Below are positions 39,999 to 48,537 of a stretch of 64,000 nt of DNA, in pieces. The stretch is from Bacteroidia bacterium. Its GTDB lineage: Bacteria; Bacteroidota; Bacteroidia; UBA8524. The stretch lies in contig JBBKVO010000018.1 of assembly GCA_037968475.1 (NCBI GenBank), forward strand, positions 108,603 through 172,602. Direction: 5' to 3'. The notes beneath the pieces are model-generated. The model was not told where the DNA came from. It saw only the letters and a program-made list of their open reading frames with translations, and did not search any database. How positions within the stretch are numbered: position 1 is the stretch's first letter; the number at the start of each line of letters is the position of its first letter. A program made the position numbers and the translations under genes.

Positions 39999-40032
39999 AC
40001 AGTGCACAAGGGGAACAATGGTTAGGATGGAT
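39999..40032. repeat. Short dispersed repeat (copy 2)
   Basis: CAGGATGACAGTGCACAAGGGGAACAATGGTTAG compared with 7997-8030 CAGGATGACAGCCACACAAGGTGACAATGGTTAG. Confidence 0.5.
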
Positions 40033-40230
40033 TAATTTATTATTCTTAACATATCATTTTATCCACTCGCAACTGAAAAAATAACCTAGTACTCCCCTCC
40101 TATTACACGTTCATTCAGTTCGGGGTAGTTTCAAATTTAGGCAAAGAGTTATTGAATTTTATGAAGAAGTGCGCCATAAATTTTTACAAAAGTTTTATGG
40201 TAGGCATAGTTTTTGTAAATTTGAATTACT

Positions 40231-40626
40231 GTGATTAAAGGTATAGCCACCATATTATTAATAGTATATACTACCGTACAGGCCATTGGCCTATCGGTAA
40301 ACCTACACTATTGTGGCAATTACCTATCAGATATAACTTTATATAATACTTCGCAAAACTGCTGTGGCGATATTGAATCGAAAGACAAAGATTGCTGCGA
40401 AAATCACGAGGTGTATTTAAAAGTAAGTACTGAACACGCGGTAGCACAAGCCCACCAAGCACCAAAAAACAATATTTTATTGTGGTTGCCCCATTTTACA
40501 GGCAATAAAGCAAATACAATCCCTACAAAATTATCCCAATACAGCGCCCACTTGTATGCTGATAGAGGCTCACCGCCCAAATCACAACCAAATACATGGC
40601 TGCTCCTCTGCACACTTAGGTTATGA
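40231..40626 (+). CDS. Hypothetical small Cys-rich membrane protein (may be spurious)
   Basis: N-terminal TM helix followed by CGNY...CCGD...DCCENHE cysteine clusters. It lies upstream of the TonB-dependent receptor. Confidence 0.25.
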   Translation: MIKGIATILLIVYTTVQAIGLSVNLHYCGNYLSDITLYNTSQNCCGDIESKDKDCCENHEVYLKVSTEHAVAQAHQAPKNNILLWLPHFTGNKANTIPTKLSQYSAHLYADRGSPPKSQPNTWLLLCTLRL

Positions 40627-40704
40627 TATAAGGTTTTCTAAAACCTATGGTATAGCTATGCTATGCCCTTATCATATTTAATTTTCTTAAAACCTGAGTA
40701 ACAA

Positions 40705-42993
40705 ATGAATTTGAAACAACTTAAGGCATTAATCCTGCTTTTAGTACTTATTGCTTGCACTAACGTCCTACAAGCCCAACATATAATTAAAGGTGTTGTG
40801 GTTGAAAAAACCAAGAAGGACAAATTGGTACCAATACAACTGGCAACGGTGTACTGGGCAAACAGTACTATAAATACTTATACGGATAGTAATGGGATAT
40901 TTAGAATACCGCATACAGAAGAACACAAATATTTAGTAGTTAGTTTTATAGGTTATCAGTCGGATACTATTGAGATAACCCCACAAAACATGAACAATAT
41001 ACAGGTAGTACTAAAAACTGAAGCCACACTAAAACTAAGTGAGGTAGAAGTAACTGCCGAAACAAAATCTATGACTATTGACCGCCTAAGCGGGATAAAG
41101 GCCAATATAATGACGGAGAAAGAACTTTTTAAGGCAGCTTGTTGTAACCTATCAGAAAGTTTTGAAACTAACCCCGCCATTGATGTTACGTATAGTGATG
41201 CTGTAACAGGCACTAAGCAAATACAAATGCTAGGGTTAGCAGGAAATTACACCCTGATAACTGCTGAGAATTTACCTGCCGTTCGCGGTTTGGCATCATC
41301 ATACGGATTGGGTTATTTACCCGGTTCATGGATAGAAAGTATACAAGTAACCAAAGGTATAGGCAGCGTTGCTAATGGATACGAAAGTATTACAGGACAA
41401 ATAAATGTTGAACTACGCAAACCAGAGGGTAAAGACCGTGTTTTTGCTAATGTGTATGCCAACCAACAAGGCCGCTACGAGGCCAACTTGGTAGTTACCC
41501 AAAAAGTAAACAGTAAATGGAGCACTGCTTTGCTGATGCACAGCAGCACCCGCAACCAAAAGCTTGACCAAAACAAGGATGGTTTTGTTGATATGCCCAC
41601 CGGCTACCAACATAATATTATAAACCGCTGGAAATACAGTAATGGTAAAGGACTTGAAGGCCAAATAGGTGTGAAAGCATTGGTTGAAAACCGTATTGGA
41701 GGCTCAACCAAATATAATGGCGAAAGTCAAACTGAATCCATTTTAAATAATGCCTACGGGGTTAATATTGCAACAGAACGCTTTGAAGTTTTTGGTAAAA
41801 CAGGCTACGTATTTCCACAAGAGAAATACAAAAGCATTGGTTTTATGTGGAGCGCACTCACGCACAAACAAAATAGTTTTTTTGGCGAAAGTGCCATTAA
41901 CTCAAGAGAACAAAGCGTGTATGCAAATCTTATTTTTCAATCTATCATCGGCAATACTCACCACAAATACCGCACAGGCTTTAGCTTTCTACACGATATA
42001 TATAGTGAACAAATTTCATCACCAAATTTAAACTTTAGCGGTAATGTAGGCAGAGTCGAAAACGTGCCGGGTGCATTTTTTGAATATACTTGGACAGTTA
42101 ACGATAAGTGGCTGGTTATAGGCGGGCTACGTGGTGATTACCACAATTTATTTGGCTTTTTTGCTACCCCACGCATAAATGCCCGTTATGATAGAGGTGA
42201 TGGAACTGTACTACACTTTACCGCAGGACGCGGACAGCGTACTGCCAATATATTTGCTGAGAATATGCAGCTATTGGTTACATCACGTCAATTTGTGTTA
42301 CCTGCCAATTGGCAAACACAATCGGCTTACGGGTTACAACCCGAAGTAGCGTGGAATATGGGAGTAAGCCTTACTACAGACGTAAAAATAGGTCGCCGCT
42401 ATGCCACACTTGAAGCCGATTTATTTTCTACACAATTCCAAAATCAAGTAGTGGTTGATTTAGACAATAGTGCTCGCCAAGTATCTATGTATAATCTAAA
42501 AGGAAAATCGTTTGCCAATAGTGCTCAACTACAAATAAGCTACGAGCCTATACGTAGATTGGAAACCCGTATAGCCTACCGCTATTACGATGTACGTACA
42601 CAATACCAAAGCGGCACATTGCAACGCTATTTGCTATCACCACACCGTGCCTTTATTAATGTAGCTTATAAAACCCGCAAAAAATGGGTATTTGATGTTA
42701 CCCTAAACTGGTTTGGCCCTAAACGTTTACCTACTACCGAAGACAATCCTGAAGACTTGCAGTTGGGTAAAAAATCGCCCGGTTTTGCTATGGTTAATGC
42801 ACAAATAACCAAAAGCATAGGTAAAAAATGGGAGGTGTATACAGGCATAGAAAATGCTTTTGATTTCCGCCAAACTCGTTTGATAGTTGACCCTTCAAAC
42901 CCTTTTGGGTCAAATTTTGATGCTTCAATAGTATGGGGGCCTGTACAAGGGCGTATGATATATGTAGGCGCTAGGTTTAGAATTAAAAATTAA
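40705..42993 (+). CDS. TonB-dependent receptor
   Basis: Signal peptide, CarboxypepD_reg-like N-terminal domain, plug and barrel, with a C-terminal ...GARFRIKN. Confidence 0.85.
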   Translation: MNLKQLKALILLLVLIACTNVLQAQHIIKGVVVEKTKKDKLVPIQLATVYWANSTINTYTDSNGIFRIPHTEEHKYLVVSFIGYQSDTIEITPQNMNNIQVVLKTEATLKLSEVEVTAETKSMTIDRLSGIKANIMTEKELFKAACCNLSESFETNPAIDVTYSDAVTGTKQIQMLGLAGNYTLITAENLPAVRGLASSYGLGYLPGSWIESIQVTKGIGSVANGYESITGQINVELRKPEGKDRVFANVYANQQGRYEANLVVTQKVNSKWSTALLMHSSTRNQKLDQNKDGFVDMPTGYQHNIINRWKYSNGKGLEGQIGVKALVENRIGGSTKYNGESQTESILNNAYGVNIATERFEVFGKTGYVFPQEKYKSIGFMWSALTHKQNSFFGESAINSREQSVYANLIFQSIIGNTHHKYRTGFSFLHDIYSEQISSPNLNFSGNVGRVENVPGAFFEYTWTVNDKWLVIGGLRGDYHNLFGFFATPRINARYDRGDGTVLHFTAGRGQRTANIFAENMQLLVTSRQFVLPANWQTQSAYGLQPEVAWNMGVSLTTDVKIGRRYATLEADLFSTQFQNQVVVDLDNSARQVSMYNLKGKSFANSAQLQISYEPIRRLETRIAYRYYDVRTQYQSGTLQRYLLSPHRAFINVAYKTRKKWVFDVTLNWFGPKRLPTTEDNPEDLQLGKKSPGFAMVNAQITKSIGKKWEVYTGIENAFDFRQTRLIVDPSNPFGSNFDASIVWGPVQGRMIYVGARFRIKN

Positions 42994-43007
42994 ACAGAAT
43001 TACACAC

Positions 43008-43544
43008 ATGAAAAATTTTATAATACTGCTGCTTATTTCAATAGCATTTGGGGCAACAGCACAAGACACAGCCATAAAAGATTACAGCAAAGCCGATAAA
43101 AAAACAAAAAAAGGCATTGATGAGGCTTTAGTATCGTACTTAAAAGTAAAAGATGCTTTAGTAGCCACTAACAAAGTTGAAGTACAAACTGCTGCTGCCG
43201 AACTAAAAACCGCTATAGTAAGTATACCCGCCGATAAACTTACCGATGAGCAAAAACAATATCTTAATACACACCGCACCTATATAGTGCTACAAAGCAC
43301 CTCAATACAAAACGACAGTATAGATATAGAACAAAAAAGAGTGGCTTTTGAAAAAGTAACCCAAAGTATGTATGCCCTTATAAAAAGTTTTAAGGCTAAC
43401 AAAGTAGGTGTATACCTGCAATACTGCCCAATGGCTATGAACTATAATGGTGCATTTTGGCTAAGCGATAGGGAAACTATAATGAATCCCTATTTTGGAG
43501 ACCTAATGCTTCACTGCGGTGATGTTGAGGAAGTTATAGAGTAA
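43008..43544 (+). CDS. DUF3347-like periplasmic protein
   Basis: Signal peptide. The C-terminal YCPMAMNYNGAFWLS...NPYFGDLMLHCGD motif is reminiscent of DUF3347, which is often found in metal-homeostasis loci. Confidence 0.4.
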   Translation: MKNFIILLLISIAFGATAQDTAIKDYSKADKKTKKGIDEALVSYLKVKDALVATNKVEVQTAAAELKTAIVSIPADKLTDEQKQYLNTHRTYIVLQSTSIQNDSIDIEQKRVAFEKVTQSMYALIKSFKANKVGVYLQYCPMAMNYNGAFWLSDRETIMNPYFGDLMLHCGDVEEVIE

Positions 43545-44138
43545 CTACTCTTGTCCAAACACATCAAACACTGCATACATTTCATCAAAATCACGTATGC
43601 CGGGGGCTGTTTCAAAGCCCCCGCTTATGTTTATACCATAAGGGGTTAATCCTTTTAGTTGTTCCAACTCGTTTTGAGACAAGCCTTCAACATCAAACAA
43701 AACAAATGGGTATTGTTCTTTAATTTCAGCTATTTTACCTATAGGGCATTTTTTTATCAAAAATGCTTTAACCGCATTTGATGGTGATTGTAAATGTTGT
43801 TCAAAATCCGGTGCTGTAGCATCCAACTCTAAAATCACTTGTATATCACTTCCTTCAAAATAGTGCACCATAGCAGGTTCGGCCAATTGTATCCAATCAA
43901 ACCCTAAAAGGCGTACTATATCTTCAATTTCACCCAAGCTCTGTTTAGCAGCAAACTCTGCAACAGGCTGTGGCCCCGATAGCCAACCAATAATGGCTTC
44001 AGCCTGCACTGGTGATATATATAAAGGGTTTGTACTATCAAAATTAAAACCAATCCACTCGGCACCTCCGGCAGCACCAAAACGTGCATCGGTAAGGTTG
44101 TTTACATTACCAAGTTTTATCTTGCAACTATTATCCAT
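43545..44138 (-). CDS. trpF: Phosphoribosylanthranilate isomerase
   Basis: IKLGNVNNLTDARFGAAGGAEWIGFNF...SPVQA matches the PRAI pattern. Confidence 0.75.
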   Translation of the reverse strand: MDNSCKIKLGNVNNLTDARFGAAGGAEWIGFNFDSTNPLYISPVQAEAIIGWLSGPQPVAEFAAKQSLGEIEDIVRLLGFDWIQLAEPAMVHYFEGSDIQVILELDATAPDFEQHLQSPSNAVKAFLIKKCPIGKIAEIKEQYPFVLFDVEGLSQNELEQLKGLTPYGINISGGFETAPGIRDFDEMYAVFDVFGQE

Positions 44139-44169
44139 GCTTCACTTTTTATAAAACGCTGCAAATGTA

Positions 44170-44508
44170 ATGGAAAACAAAGATTTAAGCTTTTTTGATA
44201 TGGTGCACCAAGTAGCAAGGCTAATCCCTTATGGTCGTGTAACTAGTTATGGAGCCATAGCACGCTATTTGGGTAGCGGAAAATCGGCACGTATGGTAGG
44301 TTGGGCTATGAATGCGGCTCACAATATACCCAATGTCCCTGCACACCGTGTTGTAAATAGTTCAGGCTTACTTAGCGGTAAGCACCATTTTGGACACCCC
44401 AACCGTATGCAAGAACTTTTGGAAGCTGAAGGGATTATTGTTGAAGATAATCAAGTTAAAGATTTTGAACATTTACTTTGGGAACCTCTAAAAGAGCTTC
44501 GACTTTGA
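44170..44508 (+). CDS. MGMT-family alkyltransferase-like protein (ATL; active-site Cys replaced by Ala)
   Basis: YGRVTSYGAIA helix-turn-helix region. The PAHRVV motif stands in place of the catalytic PCHRVV. Confidence 0.7.
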   Translation: MENKDLSFFDMVHQVARLIPYGRVTSYGAIARYLGSGKSARMVGWAMNAAHNIPNVPAHRVVNSSGLLSGKHHFGHPNRMQELLEAEGIIVEDNQVKDFEHLLWEPLKELRL

Positions 44509-44629
44509 TTACTCAAAATTTTAAGGCAAATACTAATTATTTATAATGAAAACTTGTCTAATCGCCGAATTCTATAAAAATTGCAACTGAGTTTATAAAA
44601 AAATTACTACTCTATCATTTGTATTTATT

Positions 44630-46390
44630 ATGAAAAAACTACTACTAACAGCAGTTGTGCTGGTTGCAGGTATTGCAGCGCATGCACAGTATTTCCAAAA
44701 TCTTTACGGCGTTCCCGTAAATGAAACTCTAACATCAGGTATCAATACTACAGCTTCGGGAAACGGCTATTTTATGGCTAGTTCTAACAGCGGCTTTGCT
44801 TTTGGTACTCCTTCAATTTCAGCTGCATTTGCAGACGTTACAGGTAATATACCCGGTGGCCCTTACTTTACTAACGAGTACATGGTAGTAAGCAATGCAG
44901 GTAATCCATTACAAACCCAAGACCCACAGGTATTTGAGTTTGACAACGGTTCTGGCTTTGGTATTATAGGCAGGTATACCGACCCTACAATGGCTAGCCC
45001 AAACACTGGAATTTATTTTCTTCAATTAGACCCTTCGGGAAATGTACTAAATTCTTTTAACTATACTGTTAACCCTAATGGCAGTAGCTTTTGGGATGTT
45101 ATAAAAGTGAGTGCTATTGCCGAATCGGCCACTGGTAAAGAAATATACGTTACAGGCTGGTTACAACCCAATTTTGCACAAGTAAACAGCTTTGTATTAA
45201 AAATTGACGCTGCCTCTGGAGCAATAATTTGGGGTTATGTATACGATGTTATCAACCCTAGCTTCTCGTCAAAAGATTTGTTTAACGACATTGTAGAAAG
45301 CCCTTATTCTAGTGAAGTTATTGTTGTGGGTCAAACTTATGATGGCACTACAACTTCTGATGGCTTGTTTATGCGTATTAATTCAAATACAGGAGCTGCT
45401 TTTCCTATCGTAAACCTTCACGGAACAGCAACCTCATGGGATGCTTTTAATGCTATAACCGTAGCTAACAGCCCTGCCGCTGGTGGCCCTGGTTTTGCAA
45501 TTGGTGGTACAAGCGATGCTAACGGTACTAATGATTTTTGGTTTACTTTAGTTGATCCTACAGGTACTTTTATCACTTCAACCCTACACGATTATAGTAT
45601 AAACCCAGGCGCCAACGATATTTGCGAAGATATAATTGAGCGCAAAAACACATTTGGCAAATATGAATACTACATGGCTGGCAGCACCTTTAAAGGAGCA
45701 TTTGGCAAGTACGATGTATTAGTAATAAAAACTGATGCTAAGGGTAATGGTGTTGCCAATGGAGAATTTACTTATGGTAGCGCAGGTAACGATTTTGGTA
45801 AAAGCATTGACCAATATAACGGTACAGGTAATGATGGCCTAAGCATATTTGGCACTTATGATGATAATGTTATAGGCGGTTCTGATATGTACTTGGTAAG
45901 AGCTTATTTTAATGGCGCATCAGGTTGTAACGAAAAATTTAGCACACCAACCCCAAAAAGTGGCCCTAAACTATACTTACGCTATGATGTAAAAGATATA
46001 GCCAAGTTTAAAGACAACAAATTCTTATGGAAACAAACTACTGCCAAAGACAAAAATCTTTGCTTTGCTTGGACAATAACAGGTGGCAGTAACGCCCGTG
46101 TAGCTCCAGCCGAACCTAGCGGAGATAAAGAAGCAAAAGTCAGCCCTAACCCAATTGCACAAGGCACACAATATGCCGCCCTTGAAGTTGAAGTAGAAAA
46201 CCCGACCACAGCACAAGTGGCTATTTATGATATGCTTGGCCGTACCTACTATGCTCAAACCTTTACATTAGTAAAAGGTAAAAACAACATAGTGCTTGAT
46301 ATTAACAACGTTAATATGGCACAAGGTATGTATACTGTTAAAGTACAAGGTGAAAACCTAAACCAAAACATTATATGGTTAGTAAAATAG
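44630..46390 (+). CDS. T9SS type-A C-terminal-domain secreted protein, paralog 1 of 4
   Basis: Signal peptide ending ...AHAQYFQNLYG. Conserved C-terminal block GGSNARVAPAEP.GDKEAKVSPNPIAQG... plus a sorting-domain tail. Confidence 0.7.
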   Translation: MKKLLLTAVVLVAGIAAHAQYFQNLYGVPVNETLTSGINTTASGNGYFMASSNSGFAFGTPSISAAFADVTGNIPGGPYFTNEYMVVSNAGNPLQTQDPQVFEFDNGSGFGIIGRYTDPTMASPNTGIYFLQLDPSGNVLNSFNYTVNPNGSSFWDVIKVSAIAESATGKEIYVTGWLQPNFAQVNSFVLKIDAASGAIIWGYVYDVINPSFSSKDLFNDIVESPYSSEVIVVGQTYDGTTTSDGLFMRINSNTGAAFPIVNLHGTATSWDAFNAITVANSPAAGGPGFAIGGTSDANGTNDFWFTLVDPTGTFITSTLHDYSINPGANDICEDIIERKNTFGKYEYYMAGSTFKGAFGKYDVLVIKTDAKGNGVANGEFTYGSAGNDFGKSIDQYNGTGNDGLSIFGTYDDNVIGGSDMYLVRAYFNGASGCNEKFSTPTPKSGPKLYLRYDVKDIAKFKDNKFLWKQTTAKDKNLCFAWTITGGSNARVAPAEPSGDKEAKVSPNPIAQGTQYAALEVEVENPTTAQVAIYDMLGRTYYAQTFTLVKGKNNIVLDINNVNMAQGMYTVKVQGENLNQNIIWLVK

Positions 46391-46416
46391 TTTAGATAAA
46401 ACACTAAATTAATTTA

Positions 46417-46447
46417 AAGCTACCCCTTTTGGGGTAGCTTTTTTTTT
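46417..46447 (+). terminator. Rho-independent terminator (module copy 1)
   Basis: AAAGCTACCCC-TTTT-GGGGTAGCTTT followed by a T-run. Confidence 0.7.
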
Positions 46448-46466
46448 GTAAAACCAAAAAGGGTAG

Positions 46467-46517
46467 TTCACAAAGTCAAAAGGGTAGTTCACAAATTCAA
46501 AATGGTATTTCACAAAG
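46467..46517 (+). promoter_or_regulatory. Three TTCACAAA(G/T) direct repeats phased at 21 bp
   Basis: Repeats start at 46467, 46488 and 46508/9. They are upstream of the conserved CAAATTGTATACACA promoter-proximal block. Confidence 0.5.
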
Positions 46518-46582
46518 TGAACATGTTTTAACAAATAGTATTTGTGCAAATTGTATACACAAATTTTAAAACACTATCTATT

Positions 46583-48340
46583 ATGAAAAACATTATTCTA
46601 ATTGTCTTTTTACTAGCCGGTTTCACTAGCAAGGCTCAGTATTTCCAACATCTTTACGGTCAAGACCCCGCTATTGGCAGCTTAATAGGAAATGGCATGA
46701 ACACCAAAGCAACAGGGCCCGGACATTTAATAGGGGGTTTACATATAAAAGATTTATTAATACCCCCCGGTCCGTATGATTTTTACAACTTTGCTCTGCA
46801 TGTTATTAGAACCGATGCTGACGGCAGGTTTGCTTCTCCAAACGATTTTAATAATACTTATAGGCTAACTAACTCAGCTGGTGCTGCTATCCGTTTCTCA
46901 GCAGGTTCTGTTGTCGAGTTTAGTGATGGCAGTGGCTATGGTGCTATAGGTACTTATTTTTACGAGCCTCTGCCTCGCTCGTTTGGTATTGCCTACATCC
47001 GCTTAGATGTACTCGGTAATGTAATTAGTTCACAAGGCTACGCTTTACCTTATAGGGGCGGTAGCTATATTGATTTGAGGGGAATGAAAGAATCAGTATC
47101 AAACCCCGGCGATCTATTTGCTACAGGCACATCTGCAAATTCAAATGGTGATGAGTATATGTGGGCACTTAAAATTGACCAAACCGGCACTCTTTTATGG
47201 GGGAATTTATATGATTTTGGATTAGGTATTATTGAAGATCCAGCTGATTTAATTGAAAGCCCTTATGCCTCAGAACTTATTGTTGTAGGAGGGGTGAAAT
47301 CATCGTTAAGAGCCTTATGGATGGTTTTAGACCCTAACACAGGCAGTGTGATTTCAGCCGATGAGATGTCGTCTTTTTACGGTACAACTGAGATTTTAAA
47401 CTCCATTGATGTAAGTGATGACCCTTTAATGCCCGGTTTTATACTTTCAGGTGTAGTGGATGAAAAGGTATGGGTAGTAAAAACCGACCAAATGGGCACT
47501 TACCAATGGGGAGGAATATATCAACCCTCATTTAGTCAAGTAGAATATATGTATGGTTTTGATGCCGTTGGTCGCCTAAAAGAAGATGGCTCTGATGGCT
47601 ATAATTATGAATACTTTATTACTGGAGCGATATATGTTACATCTGCACCAAACCCTGATGCTTTTGTTTTTAAACTAGACCGTTGGGGCAACCCCGTCAA
47701 CCCAAATGCATTATTTATTTATAACTATGGTATTGAAGAAACAGGATTGGATGTAGATGTAAATATAAGTGGCAGTGGCGATGGTGTTACTATGTATGGT
47801 ATTGGTGAAGATAACAATATCCCTACCAAAGAAATATATGTTGTTAAGGCCTATTTTAATGGTGTTTCTGGTTGCAATGAGCGGTTTGAAGATTTACAAC
47901 AAAATGTAGGAGAACTTTTTCCTGTTAATTCGTTAGGCGTTGCATTAACTCCACTAAGCACAGAAATTCTTACATTATACAATATCGAGAATGAATTAGA
48001 TAAAGAGATTTGCTATAACACTACAATACCCAGTGGTAGCAATGCACGCGTAGCTCCTGCTGAACCTAAAGGTGATAAAGAAGCAAAAATTAGCCCTAAC
48101 CCTATTGCACAAGGCGTTCAATATGCTAATATAGACGTTGATATTGAACAACCTACAACTGCACAAGTATCGGTTTACGATATGCTAGGCCGTACCTACT
48201 ACTCGCAAACATTTACTTTGGTAAAAGGCAAAAACAACCTAGTGCTTGATATTAGTAATATTAACATGGCACAAGGTATGTATACTGTGAAAATACAAGG
48301 TGATAACCTAAACCAAAATATAGCATTACTTGTAAAATAA
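46583..48340 (+). CDS. T9SS type-A C-terminal-domain secreted protein, paralog 2 (start chosen at MKNIILIVF)
   Basis: The ORF-track start at 46544 lies inside the conserved promoter block. A signal peptide begins at 46583. The C-terminal ~100 aa are ~90% identical to the other paralogs. Confidence 0.7.
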   Translation: MKNIILIVFLLAGFTSKAQYFQHLYGQDPAIGSLIGNGMNTKATGPGHLIGGLHIKDLLIPPGPYDFYNFALHVIRTDADGRFASPNDFNNTYRLTNSAGAAIRFSAGSVVEFSDGSGYGAIGTYFYEPLPRSFGIAYIRLDVLGNVISSQGYALPYRGGSYIDLRGMKESVSNPGDLFATGTSANSNGDEYMWALKIDQTGTLLWGNLYDFGLGIIEDPADLIESPYASELIVVGGVKSSLRALWMVLDPNTGSVISADEMSSFYGTTEILNSIDVSDDPLMPGFILSGVVDEKVWVVKTDQMGTYQWGGIYQPSFSQVEYMYGFDAVGRLKEDGSDGYNYEYFITGAIYVTSAPNPDAFVFKLDRWGNPVNPNALFIYNYGIEETGLDVDVNISGSGDGVTMYGIGEDNNIPTKEIYVVKAYFNGVSGCNERFEDLQQNVGELFPVNSLGVALTPLSTEILTLYNIENELDKEICYNTTIPSGSNARVAPAEPKGDKEAKISPNPIAQGVQYANIDVDIEQPTTAQVSVYDMLGRTYYSQTFTLVKGKNNLVLDISNINMAQGMYTVKIQGDNLNQNIALLVK

Positions 48341-48372
48341 AATAGTATTTATAATCATCATATCTGTTTTAT

Positions 48373-48406
48373 AAAAGCTACCTCAAAAGGGTAGCTTTTT
48401 TTTCAC
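48373..48406 (+). terminator. Rho-independent terminator (module copy 2)
   Basis: AAAGCTACC-TCAAAA-GGGTAGCTTT followed by a T-run. Confidence 0.7.
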
Positions 48407-48473
48407 AAACCCAAAATAGTGTTTCACAAAACAGAAACTGCATTTCACAAAGTCAAATGCCCATTTCACAAAG
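48401..48473 (+). promoter_or_regulatory. Four TTTCACAAA(C/A/G) direct repeats at exactly 21-bp spacing
   Basis: Repeats start at 48401, 48422, 48443 and 48464. Confidence 0.55.
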
Positions 48474-48537
48474 TAATCACACTGTTGCAGTTAATATTCT
48501 ACAAATTGTATGTACTAATATTAAAATACTATCTACA

